A program made the position numbers and the translations under genes. DNA of 64,000 nucleotides from Spirochaetia bacterium (lineage in GTDB: Bacteria; Spirochaetota; Spirochaetia; SZUA-6; Bin103): the NCBI GenBank assembly GCA_965203515.1, contig OZ241907.1, forward strand, positions 2,272,001 to 2,336,000, read 5' to 3'. Shown piece by piece: positions 52,751 through 60,877 of the stretch (position 1 is its first letter; every line of letters begins with the position of its first letter). Below the pieces are notes generated by a model. That model saw only the letters and a list, made by a program, of their open reading frames with translations, was not told where the DNA came from and made no database searches.

Positions 52751-53743
52751 CTACTGCAGATAGAACAGCACGATCGTGGAAGCCAGGTAGACGGCGAACA
52801 GCGCCAGCAGGACCACGCCCTTCCAGCGCCGCAGCGAATACCCCATCCACACCAGACCGAGCATGGCGCCCACCACCACGAACATCCAGGGGAATGAGAA
52901 CAGCACCACCCGGCGCTCGACGGTGATCGGATTGACCAGCGCCGACGCGCCGATGATCCAGAGCACGTTGAGGATGTCCGCGCCCAGGATGTCGCCGAAC
53001 GCCAGATCGCCGTGTCCCTTGCGGCTGGCGCTCACGCAGGTGGCGATCTCCGGGAGCGACGTGCCGACGGCGATGATCGTCAGGCCGACGATCGCCTCCG
53101 GCACGCCCAGCTCGAGCGCAATGAACTGCGCGGACGGCACCAGCAGCTCGCTGGCCAGCAGCACCCCGGCGACGCCGCCCGCCAGGCGCAGCACCTGCAG
53201 CCGGATTCCGCCGGGCTTGACGTGCTCGGCCAGATCCGCTTCCTCCGGCGACGCGCCCTTGGCCGCCTGTCGGCGGTGGGTGACGATCAGCACCACCATG
53301 TAGACGACGTACACCGCCAGCAGGCTCGCCCCCTCCAGGCGGCCGATCGTGCCGTTGAGAGCCAGCAGGAACGCCGCCACCCCGACCGCCGGAACGAACA
53401 TCCCGACCGAGCGCATGATGCGCGGATTGATCGCCACCACGGCCGGCGCCATCACCATCCCCAGGCCGATCGCCGCACCGTCATCGACGATGACCGAGCC
53501 GACCGCGTTGCCGAGCGCGATCTCCGGGGACCCGCGCAGCGCCGCAGCGACCGACACGGCAAGCTCCGGCGCCGTGGTAGCCAGCCCGACCACGACGATG
53601 CCCACGATGATCTTGGGAAGCCCGGTCCGGTGGGCAATGCCGACGGCGCCGTCTACCAGGAAGCCGGCGCTGTAGATGAGCAGCGCGAACGCGACCGGAA
53701 TTACGAACGCGTGCGCGATGATGTGATCGGGGATCAGGTGCAC
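52751..53743 (-). CDS. Calcium/sodium antiporter (CaCA, YrbG family)
   Basis: Two alpha repeats ATTAPEL...GNAVGS and GTSLPEI...GDILGADILN. Confidence 0.88.
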   Translation of the reverse strand: MHLIPDHIIAHAFVIPVAFALLIYSAGFLVDGAVGIAHRTGLPKIIVGIVVVGLATTAPELAVSVAAALRGSPEIALGNAVGSVIVDDGAAIGLGMVMAPAVVAINPRIMRSVGMFVPAVGVAAFLLALNGTIGRLEGASLLAVYVVYMVVLIVTHRRQAAKGASPEEADLAEHVKPGGIRLQVLRLAGGVAGVLLASELLVPSAQFIALELGVPEAIVGLTIIAVGTSLPEIATCVSASRKGHGDLAFGDILGADILNVLWIIGASALVNPITVERRVVLFSFPWMFVVVGAMLGLVWMGYSLRRWKGVVLLALFAVYLASTIVLFYLQ

Positions 53744-53749
53744 GGGGTG

Positions 53750-55522
53750 TCAGCGCCCGGGCGGGAGCGCGCCGGCCGCCGGCTCCATCTCCAGGATCAA
53801 CTCCACCTCGCTCCGGCTCAGCCTGGTGGCGCGGGCGATCTCCTCGATCGACCAGCCCTGACCGGCCAGCTTGCTCACCGTCTGGCGGTTGTCGCCGGGC
53901 CGCGGCCCGGCGCCTCCACCGTTGCCATCGGAACGCGCCGCCGCCAACGCTTCGAGCTCGCTTACCGACGCACGCGCCTGCTGCCCGATCTGTTCCAGCC
54001 GGGTCTCCGCCCGTGCCAGCCAATCACGGGCCGTCATCAATCGAGCGGTGCGGCCGTCGAGCTCGGCGATCAGTCCGTCGATGCCGTCGAGGCTGCGGAC
54101 TACCGCATCCGCGCTCTCCTTCCTGCTCGCCAGCGCATCGACCCGCCGCTCCATCTCGGCCATGCCGGCGGTCAGTTTGAGGACGTCGGGACGCAGCCCG
54201 ATCACCTGTTCGTCGAGCTGATTGAGCAGCTCGAAATTGCGGTCGACGCCGCTGGCCGTCACCTCCGCCGCCTCGTGCTTCTGCGCGAGGTGCCGGTACC
54301 GTTCGTCGGCCGCATCGGCCAGTGCGCCCAGCTCCCTGAGCCTTGCCTGCAGGTCCTGTACGGCCTGCCGGCTCGCTTCCGCGGCGGTCAGCCGGGCGTC
54401 CAGGTCCTCCGCGCTCGCGATCAACCGCTGGAAGTCGCGCTCGATCGATTCCACCCGGTGACGCTCGGCCGCGAACCGCGCGAGCTTGTCCGCCAGCTCC
54501 TCGCCGAGTTTGCGGGTCCGGTTCAACTCCAGCTCCATCTCCGCCACCTCGCGCTTCTGTCGCTGCACGTCGGCGAGCTTGGCGCTCAGACGTTCCAGGT
54601 GCTGGTGCATGCGGTCGGCGCGCTCCAGGAGGGGCGCCTGGTCGGTGAGGACGGTGAGCCGCGCCGCGAACTCGGTCAGCTCGGCATCCAGAGCCGCAAG
54701 CCGTTCCGAGGTCTCCGACCGGACCCCATCCATGGTCGAGCGAACGCTCTCGACCTCGGCGGAAGAGCGCCGCTGCAGATCGCCGGTACGTTCGCGCAGC
54801 GCCCGCGCCACGTCTTCGACCGCCGCATCGACACGGGCGGCCGCCTCCTGCCGCAGGCTGTCGATGCGCCGCTCGAGCTCCGCATGGAAGCCCGCCTGCC
54901 GAGCTTCCATGCCTTCGGCGCGCTCGTCCAGATCGGCGGCGAACCGGCGCTCGATGGTGGCGAGTCGGTCCGCCAGCGCCTTCCGCACCGTATCCTCGAT
55001 ATCGGTCAGCCGCCCTTCGATCGACGAGGCCTGCAGCCGATCTTCGATCGACGCCGCCTTCGAATCGAGGCCGGTCAGCCGCTCCTGCAGCGCCGTGCGC
55101 TGATCGTCGACCCGGCGCAACCGCTCGTCCTCGCCGCGCAACCGACGCAGGTTCTCATCCACCCGTTCGCTCATGTTCACCAGCTCGGCCAGCGCGGTGT
55201 CATACCCGTCGATACGGGTGCGGATGGCATCGATCTCCGCCGATCGCTCCTCGAGGTCCCGGCGGCGCACGGCGAGGTCTTCCTGCACGTCCCGCACCGA
55301 ACGCAGCAACTCCTTGCCCTGCTTTACGCTGACCTGCACCTCGATCGCCAGATCCCTGATTTCGGAGCTCTTGCTCTCGACGAACGTCGACAGGGTTTGC
55401 ATCACCCGGTCGCCGTAGCGCTTTACCTTTTCGAGCGAACGATTGCTGCGGTCGAGCTGGCGAAAGATGAAGACGACCGCCAACACGATCAGGAGCGTAA
55501 TGGCATCTCCGATCCCGAACAT
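53750..55522 (-). CDS. SpiroCoCo-like membrane-anchored coiled-coil protein
   Basis: N-terminal TM then RQLDRSNRSLEKVKRY, long coiled coil, C-terminal HTH GWSIEEIARATRLSRSEVELILE. Confidence 0.75.
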   Translation of the reverse strand: MFGIGDAITLLIVLAVVFIFRQLDRSNRSLEKVKRYGDRVMQTLSTFVESKSSEIRDLAIEVQVSVKQGKELLRSVRDVQEDLAVRRRDLEERSAEIDAIRTRIDGYDTALAELVNMSERVDENLRRLRGEDERLRRVDDQRTALQERLTGLDSKAASIEDRLQASSIEGRLTDIEDTVRKALADRLATIERRFAADLDERAEGMEARQAGFHAELERRIDSLRQEAAARVDAAVEDVARALRERTGDLQRRSSAEVESVRSTMDGVRSETSERLAALDAELTEFAARLTVLTDQAPLLERADRMHQHLERLSAKLADVQRQKREVAEMELELNRTRKLGEELADKLARFAAERHRVESIERDFQRLIASAEDLDARLTAAEASRQAVQDLQARLRELGALADAADERYRHLAQKHEAAEVTASGVDRNFELLNQLDEQVIGLRPDVLKLTAGMAEMERRVDALASRKESADAVVRSLDGIDGLIAELDGRTARLMTARDWLARAETRLEQIGQQARASVSELEALAAARSDGNGGGAGPRPGDNRQTVSKLAGQGWSIEEIARATRLSRSEVELILEMEPAAGALPPGR

Positions 55523-55579
55523 GATCCCCTCCCAGTGGGATACCCGATTCTATGAGCGCCCGGTGCGGCTGTCAACGAA

Positions 55580-56278
55580 TCACGCGATCGGGTCGCAGGG
55601 GAGACGGATGCCGGCCGCGCCGATCGACGGCAACAGCGAATCGTAGCGGCGGAACGTCAGGTCCGCGCGGCTGCCACGCTCCCGCCGGCGGGCGTGGTGC
55701 GCGGTCAGCATGTCGACCGCGCTCGCACCGACGATGTCGTACCGGTAGTGGTTGCCGACGTACAGGATGCGGTCAGGGCGTACGCCCATGAGGTCGGCTA
55801 CGTACCGGAACGGCTCCGGGTTGGGCTTCAGGTAGCCGGCGGCTTCGGAGGTGACCGCGCAGGCAAATCCGTCGAGCCCCATGTGGCGCAGCTTCGCTTC
55901 CGGCGGCATGTCCGAAAGCACGCCGAGTTGCGCCCCGCGCCGGCGCAGCGCGTCGAGCGCCGGCTGCACGCCGCGGCACAGGCGGACGCCGCGCAGGGCC
56001 GCCGGCAGCCGGGTGTATATCACGTCTTCGATCAACGCACGCGCGGCAGACGGATCGATCCGCATCCGCTCAGCTACCAGATCGGCCTGCAGGGCGTGAA
56101 GATCGGCGATCGGACGGATGCCGCGCACCTGTATGCGGACTTGGCGGAACGCGCGAAACAGGGCCGCGTTCCGCAACACCAGCCCCCAGGACCGGGCCGC
56201 CGCCTGGCGGGGCGGATAGAGCGTTCCGTCCAGATCGAACACCACGGCCTGCGCAAGCCGATCGCGTAGCTCTGCCAT
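55580..56278 (-). CDS. HAD-superfamily hydrolase
   Basis: FDLDGTLY, VLSD, KPNPEPF, YVGN...DIVGA. Confidence 0.85.
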   Translation of the reverse strand: MAELRDRLAQAVVFDLDGTLYPPRQAAARSWGLVLRNAALFRAFRQVRIQVRGIRPIADLHALQADLVAERMRIDPSAARALIEDVIYTRLPAALRGVRLCRGVQPALDALRRRGAQLGVLSDMPPEAKLRHMGLDGFACAVTSEAAGYLKPNPEPFRYVADLMGVRPDRILYVGNHYRYDIVGASAVDMLTAHHARRRERGSRADLTFRRYDSLLPSIGAAGIRLPCDPIA

Positions 56279-56293
56279 GCGTGGCCGCCCCGA

Positions 56294-58150
56294 TCAGTTG
56301 GATCGGCTCCGGATCTGAATCGTTACCGTGCCGTACACCGGCTCACGGTCGTCCACCGGTTCATAGCGCCACTGCCGCAACGTCTTGGTGATTTCGTTGT
56401 TGAGCTCGGTCGATCCGGAATCCTGCTCGAATCTCTCCACCCGCACCCACCCGGCGGGGTCGACGCGGATGAGCACCCGAACGGTCATCTGCACGATCTC
56501 GTCCGGGTATCGGTCCGGCAACGCGGGGTGGATCACGTTCAGCAATGGCCGGAGTCCCAGGGACCCGGACACGTTCCACCCGGCCGGAAGCCGCGGGTCC
56601 CGTCCCGCCGGACCGGCCGCCGCCCCGCCGCCCTGACTACCGGAGCCGTCGTCGCTGCCGGAGCCGGCCGCGACGCGGCCGCCGGCGTCCAGCGCCCTGT
56701 CGAGGTCCTGGATACGGGATCCGACGCTCGCGTCGTCGGCAGCCGGCGCGGGCGCGCCTCCGTACACCGTCGCGCCGACCGGCGCCGGCTTGGAGGAACC
56801 GGGCGAGGAGTCGGTGATCGGCACGGAGGCGAGCGTCGACGCGGCCACGCCGTCGTCGGCCGCGTCGGCTCGCCTCGCCGTGGGGGTGCCGCTCATCCGT
56901 ACCGGCGCCGATGCCGCGACCTCGCTGCTCCCGCCGACAAGCCCATCCGGATCGCGAACCACCGGGACGGCACTGTCGGAGACGGCGGCCCGCGCGGCCC
57001 GCGCGGTTCGGGCGTCGGGCGTCGGGCTCGAAGCGCTCTTCGCGTACACCGACTCGTCGGCCGACTGCGCAGTCGCTTCCTTGAAGGAAGCGGCGAGGGC
57101 GCCCTGATTTACGGCAGCTCCGGCCTGGACCACCGATCCCGCGAACGGGACGGCAACCGCGGCCGACTCGCCGGCTGGCGACCGCGCGTTCAAGCCAGCT
57201 CGTCCGTGCGCCTGCGCCGCGTCGAACTCCTTGCGCATCGTCGCCGTCGGCTGCTGCTGAACAGGCGGAGCCGTCGCATTGGTCTCGGCCAGGGTCTCGG
57301 CGCGGGGCTGAGTCTCGACCGGAGCCGGTTGCGGTGCAGACGCCGGCTTCTCGGTCACCAGAGGTTGCGGCGTCGGCCTCTCGGCCACGATAGGCTGCGG
57401 CGTCGGCTTCTCGGTCACGATCGGCTGCGGCGTCGGCCTCTCCGCCACGATCGGTTGCGGCGTCGGCTTCTCGGTCACGATCGGCTGCGGCGTCGGCCTC
57501 TCCGCCACGACAGGCTTGGGCGCTGGTCTCTCCGTCACCGCCGGCTGCGGCGCGGCCCTCTCCGTCACCACCGGCTGCGGCGCCGGCCTCTCCGTCACCG
57601 CCGGCTGCGGCGCGGCCCTCTCCGTCACCACCGGCTGCGGCGCCGGCCTCTCCGTCACCGCCGGCTGCGGCGCGGCCCTCTCCGTCACCGCCGGCTGCGG
57701 CGCCGGCCTCTCCGTCACCGCCGGCTGCGGCGCGGCCCTCTCCGTCACCGCCGGCTGCGGCGCGGCCCTCTCCGTCACCGCCGGCTGCGGCGCGGCCCTC
57801 TCCGTCACCGCCGGCTGCGGCGCGGCCCTCTCCGTCACCGCCGGCTGCGGCGCGGCCCTCTCCGTCACCGCCGGCTGCGGCGCGGCCCTCTCCGTCACCG
57901 CCGGCTGCGGCGCGGTCTCGGCGGCTGGAGCTTCCTCTCGCTTCGGCGCCGACGGCAGCACCGGCGCCGTCCGTTCCCGGCCGGTCGCTTCCCGGATCGC
58001 AGGACCGAGCAATTGCACCGTCATCGGTCGAGTGTCGAGCCGAGCGTCGAGGTCGAGCAGCTTGTGCACGATGATCAGCAGCAGGGCGTGCAGCACCGCT
58101 GCCGCCAGCACGCTGACGAACATCCGCTCCGACTCCAGCCGCAAGGTCAT
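56294..58150 (-). CDS. TonB-like energy transducer with long Pro-rich repeat spacer
   Basis: N-terminal TM with SVLAAAVLH; C-terminal VRVLIRVDPAGWV...DSGSTELN...QWRYEP; follows exbB-exbD. Confidence 0.82.
   Translation of the reverse strand: MTLRLESERMFVSVLAAAVLHALLLIIVHKLLDLDARLDTRPMTVQLLGPAIREATGRERTAPVLPSAPKREEAPAAETAPQPAVTERAAPQPAVTERAAPQPAVTERAAPQPAVTERAAPQPAVTERAAPQPAVTERAAPQPAVTERPAPQPAVTERAAPQPAVTERPAPQPVVTERAAPQPAVTERPAPQPVVTERAAPQPAVTERPAPKPVVAERPTPQPIVTEKPTPQPIVAERPTPQPIVTEKPTPQPIVAERPTPQPLVTEKPASAPQPAPVETQPRAETLAETNATAPPVQQQPTATMRKEFDAAQAHGRAGLNARSPAGESAAVAVPFAGSVVQAGAAVNQGALAASFKEATAQSADESVYAKSASSPTPDARTARAARAAVSDSAVPVVRDPDGLVGGSSEVAASAPVRMSGTPTARRADAADDGVAASTLASVPITDSSPGSSKPAPVGATVYGGAPAPAADDASVGSRIQDLDRALDAGGRVAAGSGSDDGSGSQGGGAAAGPAGRDPRLPAGWNVSGSLGLRPLLNVIHPALPDRYPDEIVQMTVRVLIRVDPAGWVRVERFEQDSGSTELNNEITKTLRQWRYEPVDDREPVYGTVTIQIRSRSN
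57346..57915. repeat. 30-bp coding tandem repeat, 19 copies ([A/P]APQPAVTER grading to PTPQPIV[T/A]E[K/R])
   Basis: ctctccgtcaccgccggctgcggcgcggcc units in frame within the TonB-like gene. Confidence 0.95.
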
Positions 58151-58569
58151 TGCGGATCACCCCGCGGGATCGGGCGGGTTCGCAACGCCACGTTCTTGAA
58201 GCCGTTCATGTTCAGGACATCCAGGACGTCGACCAGAAGCTGGTAGGAGACCGCGCGATCCCCTTCGACGATGACGTTTCCCACCGAACCGGGCGCGATA
58301 CCGTCTTCGACCGAGAACGCATCGGCGAGTCCCGGCAGGTCGAACTCGCGTTCGTTGAGATAGATCAGATCATGAGAATGCACGGCGACGATGAGCTGGC
58401 TCATCTCGGTCGGCACCGCCGTCGCCGAATCGGGCAGCGTCAGTCCGATCGCCGGCGTGATCTTGAAGGTCGACGACACCATGAAGAAAATGACGAGTTG
58501 AAACACGACGTCGATCATCGGCACCATGTCGACGGTCGTGCTCCGCTGCAGTCGGCGCCGGCGTAACAT
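58147..58569 (-). CDS. exbD: Biopolymer transporter ExbD/TolR
   Basis: MVPMIDVVFQLVIFFMV, EGDRAVSYQLLVDVLD. Confidence 0.9.
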   Translation of the reverse strand: MLRRRRLQRSTTVDMVPMIDVVFQLVIFFMVSSTFKITPAIGLTLPDSATAVPTEMSQLIVAVHSHDLIYLNEREFDLPGLADAFSVEDGIAPGSVGNVIVEGDRAVSYQLLVDVLDVLNMNGFKNVALRTRPIPRGDPQ

Positions 58570-59177
58570 CAATCCCCCTGAACGCCGAGCAGCAGCACCA
58601 GCTCGCTGACCCGGTTCTCGAGTCGGACGATCGTGTTGTTGGCCTTGCTGACCAGGTAATTGTAGAACATGATCACCGGGATTCCGACGATCAGACCGGC
58701 CGCGGTGGTCACCAACGCCTCCGAGATGCCGACCGCCAGCAGCGAGGAATCGGCTAACGAGCCGGCCGCGCCGAGGACGCCGAAGGCGCGGATATTGCCG
58801 GTCACCGTGCCCAGCAGACCCAGCAAGGGCGCCACGTGAGAGATCGTCCCGAGGGTGGGCAGGAACCGCTCCTGCTTGGGAATCTCCACGTTGGCGGCGT
58901 CCGTGATGATCTCGCGCACGACCCGGTTCGGCTGATGCCGGTGCTGGATGCCGACGCTCACCAAGCTGGAAAGCGGCGACGGGTTCGCCTCGCAGATCGC
59001 CAGGGCTTCATCGAAGTGGCGCTCCTGCAAGCGACTCTTGAGCCGCCTGAGCAGCTTCTCCTCATCGACGCGGGTACGACGAAAGTAGAGCAGACGTTCG
59101 ATGATCACCACGACTGCCACTACCGACAGAAAGATGATCACGACCATGATCGGGCCGCCCTGCTGGATGATTTCCAC
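58569..59177 (-). CDS. exbB: MotA/TolQ/ExbB proton channel protein
   Basis: APLLGLLGTVTG, GISEALVTTAAGL. Confidence 0.9.
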   Translation of the reverse strand: MEIIQQGGPIMVVIIFLSVVAVVVIIERLLYFRRTRVDEEKLLRRLKSRLQERHFDEALAICEANPSPLSSLVSVGIQHRHQPNRVVREIITDAANVEIPKQERFLPTLGTISHVAPLLGLLGTVTGNIRAFGVLGAAGSLADSSLLAVGISEALVTTAAGLIVGIPVIMFYNYLVSKANNTIVRLENRVSELVLLLGVQGD

Positions 59178-59193
59178 TGCTGTCCCTCGCTAC

Positions 59194-60858
59194 CTAAAGA
59201 TTGATCTCGACGCCGACCGACGCCTGGAATCCGGGCTCCATGTACGGGGCGAGCTCGTACCGCGGCCGATCGGACAGCGGCTGAAGCACGTCGGCGACGC
59301 TGGCCACGACCGCGAAGGTCTCCGAGATGTTGTAGAAGCCGCTGGCCGATACGATCGGCACGGCTACGTTGGGCGCCTGGTGCCGGCTGGTTTCGAGCTC
59401 GTTCGGGAACACCCAGTCGACGTTGTTCTCGACGCCCAGGCGGCCATCGGCCCACGTCGCGCGGACGCCCAGGCTCAGCACGTGCGGGGCCTCATACAGC
59501 GGTACGTCGAAGAAGGCGCCCGACCAGTCGAGGTTGAGCGCCGCCGCCGGGTTGATGTCCCAGCGCAGACCGACTCCGGTCTGCAGCGTCCCGGTCTCCG
59601 TCTTCTGCACCAGCGTGTGCAGTCCCGATCGACCGAGGTCCCCGGCGATGTCGAGACGGTCGGTACCGGTTTCGCCGCGCACCGAGGCGACCACGTGGAC
59701 GTCCTCGCTCACCGCCGCGCGCATCGACGCGTCGCCGAACCACTGGCGCGTGTCGCGGAGCTGCTGCGGCTCTTCGATGAAGCCGAAGGTGTCATAGATA
59801 CCGGCCAGGTCGCGGTCGATGATCTCGCGCCCTCCGGCCACCCGCAGGGTGATCAGGTCGTGCGGCATGCCTTCCACGGACAGCTCGAACGGAATCCGCA
59901 GCTCCGCCTTGTCCTGGGGGGCATACTGCAGTCCGGCGCGAGCGCCGAGCCGAATCGGAACCGGCAGGTCGTAGCCGATCTCGACCTGCCCAAGCAGCCG
60001 GTGCGCGACCGGAACCTCGACGTGCGCCTGCCGGACCTTGTAGTTGGCCGCCAGGCCGATCTCCAGCTCGCGGAGCTGGGCGGTGGCGCCCGCCGAAGCG
60101 CGGCCCTCCCATTCCGTCACCGCCGGATCGTCGCTGCCTCTGAATGCCCGCGAGGCGCTCCGGCCGCCGATCTTGCCGCTCAACGTGAGCGAATCGGTCG
60201 GCATCGCCTGGATCTGCACGTCGCCGTCGACCAACTGATCGCTCAGTCCATGACCCACGGTGCCGATCCCCTGCAGACCGTCTTCGATCCGGCGATACCG
60301 GCCCGACAGGTCGAGCTCCGCGCCGCCGATATCGCTGCGATACGCCCCTTGCAGTTCGTCGGTACGGTGGTAGCCCTGGTCCGGCGCCGCCGGCCCGAAT
60401 CCTTCCTGCAGGTGATGATCGACCTGCAGATGAAAGAATGGCCCGGGGCCGGCGCGCTGCAGGCCGATGCTGCTTCTGAGCAGCCCGTTGTTGCCCGCCA
60501 CGACCGACGCCTCGAGCGCCAGACCGGGACCGAGCAGGCCGGATCCGGCGCCGGCGGTATCAGTAAGCACTTCCGGCAGCCCGGGAGTAACCACCCGCAA
60601 CTCATCCGCTTCCGGCAACGGCACGGCCATGTCCGGCTTCGCCAGCTCCGCCTCCGGCGGCAGACCGGGTTCCACCTGGATCTCGGCCACGTCCTCGATA
60701 CTCAACGTGATATCGGGCACCTGAAGCGGGCGCGCCGGCTGAGACTCGTTCGCCTGCCCATGGGCGGCCGCGGTCACCATCGCGGCCAGCACGGCGCCGG
60801 CCGCCAGCACGGCGCCGATCGGATACTCGGCGACGAGTCGCTGCGCTCGCAATCTCAT
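59194..60858 (-). CDS. Putative outer-membrane beta-barrel protein
   Basis: Signal-like N-terminus (AAAHG-Q), alternating hydrophobic strands, C-terminus FQASVGVEINL; next to exbBD-tonB. Start uncertain. Confidence 0.6.
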   Translation of the reverse strand: MRLRAQRLVAEYPIGAVLAAGAVLAAMVTAAAHGQANESQPARPLQVPDITLSIEDVAEIQVEPGLPPEAELAKPDMAVPLPEADELRVVTPGLPEVLTDTAGAGSGLLGPGLALEASVVAGNNGLLRSSIGLQRAGPGPFFHLQVDHHLQEGFGPAAPDQGYHRTDELQGAYRSDIGGAELDLSGRYRRIEDGLQGIGTVGHGLSDQLVDGDVQIQAMPTDSLTLSGKIGGRSASRAFRGSDDPAVTEWEGRASAGATAQLRELEIGLAANYKVRQAHVEVPVAHRLLGQVEIGYDLPVPIRLGARAGLQYAPQDKAELRIPFELSVEGMPHDLITLRVAGGREIIDRDLAGIYDTFGFIEEPQQLRDTRQWFGDASMRAAVSEDVHVVASVRGETGTDRLDIAGDLGRSGLHTLVQKTETGTLQTGVGLRWDINPAAALNLDWSGAFFDVPLYEAPHVLSLGVRATWADGRLGVENNVDWVFPNELETSRHQAPNVAVPIVSASGFYNISETFAVVASVADVLQPLSDRPRYELAPYMEPGFQASVGVEINL

Positions 60859-60877
60859 GATCGCAACCTCATGCTCA

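Noticed and set aside
57346..57915. 30-bp repeats as a CRISPR array
   Set aside because: Head-to-tail with no unique spacers, in frame within a gene, and no cas genes.
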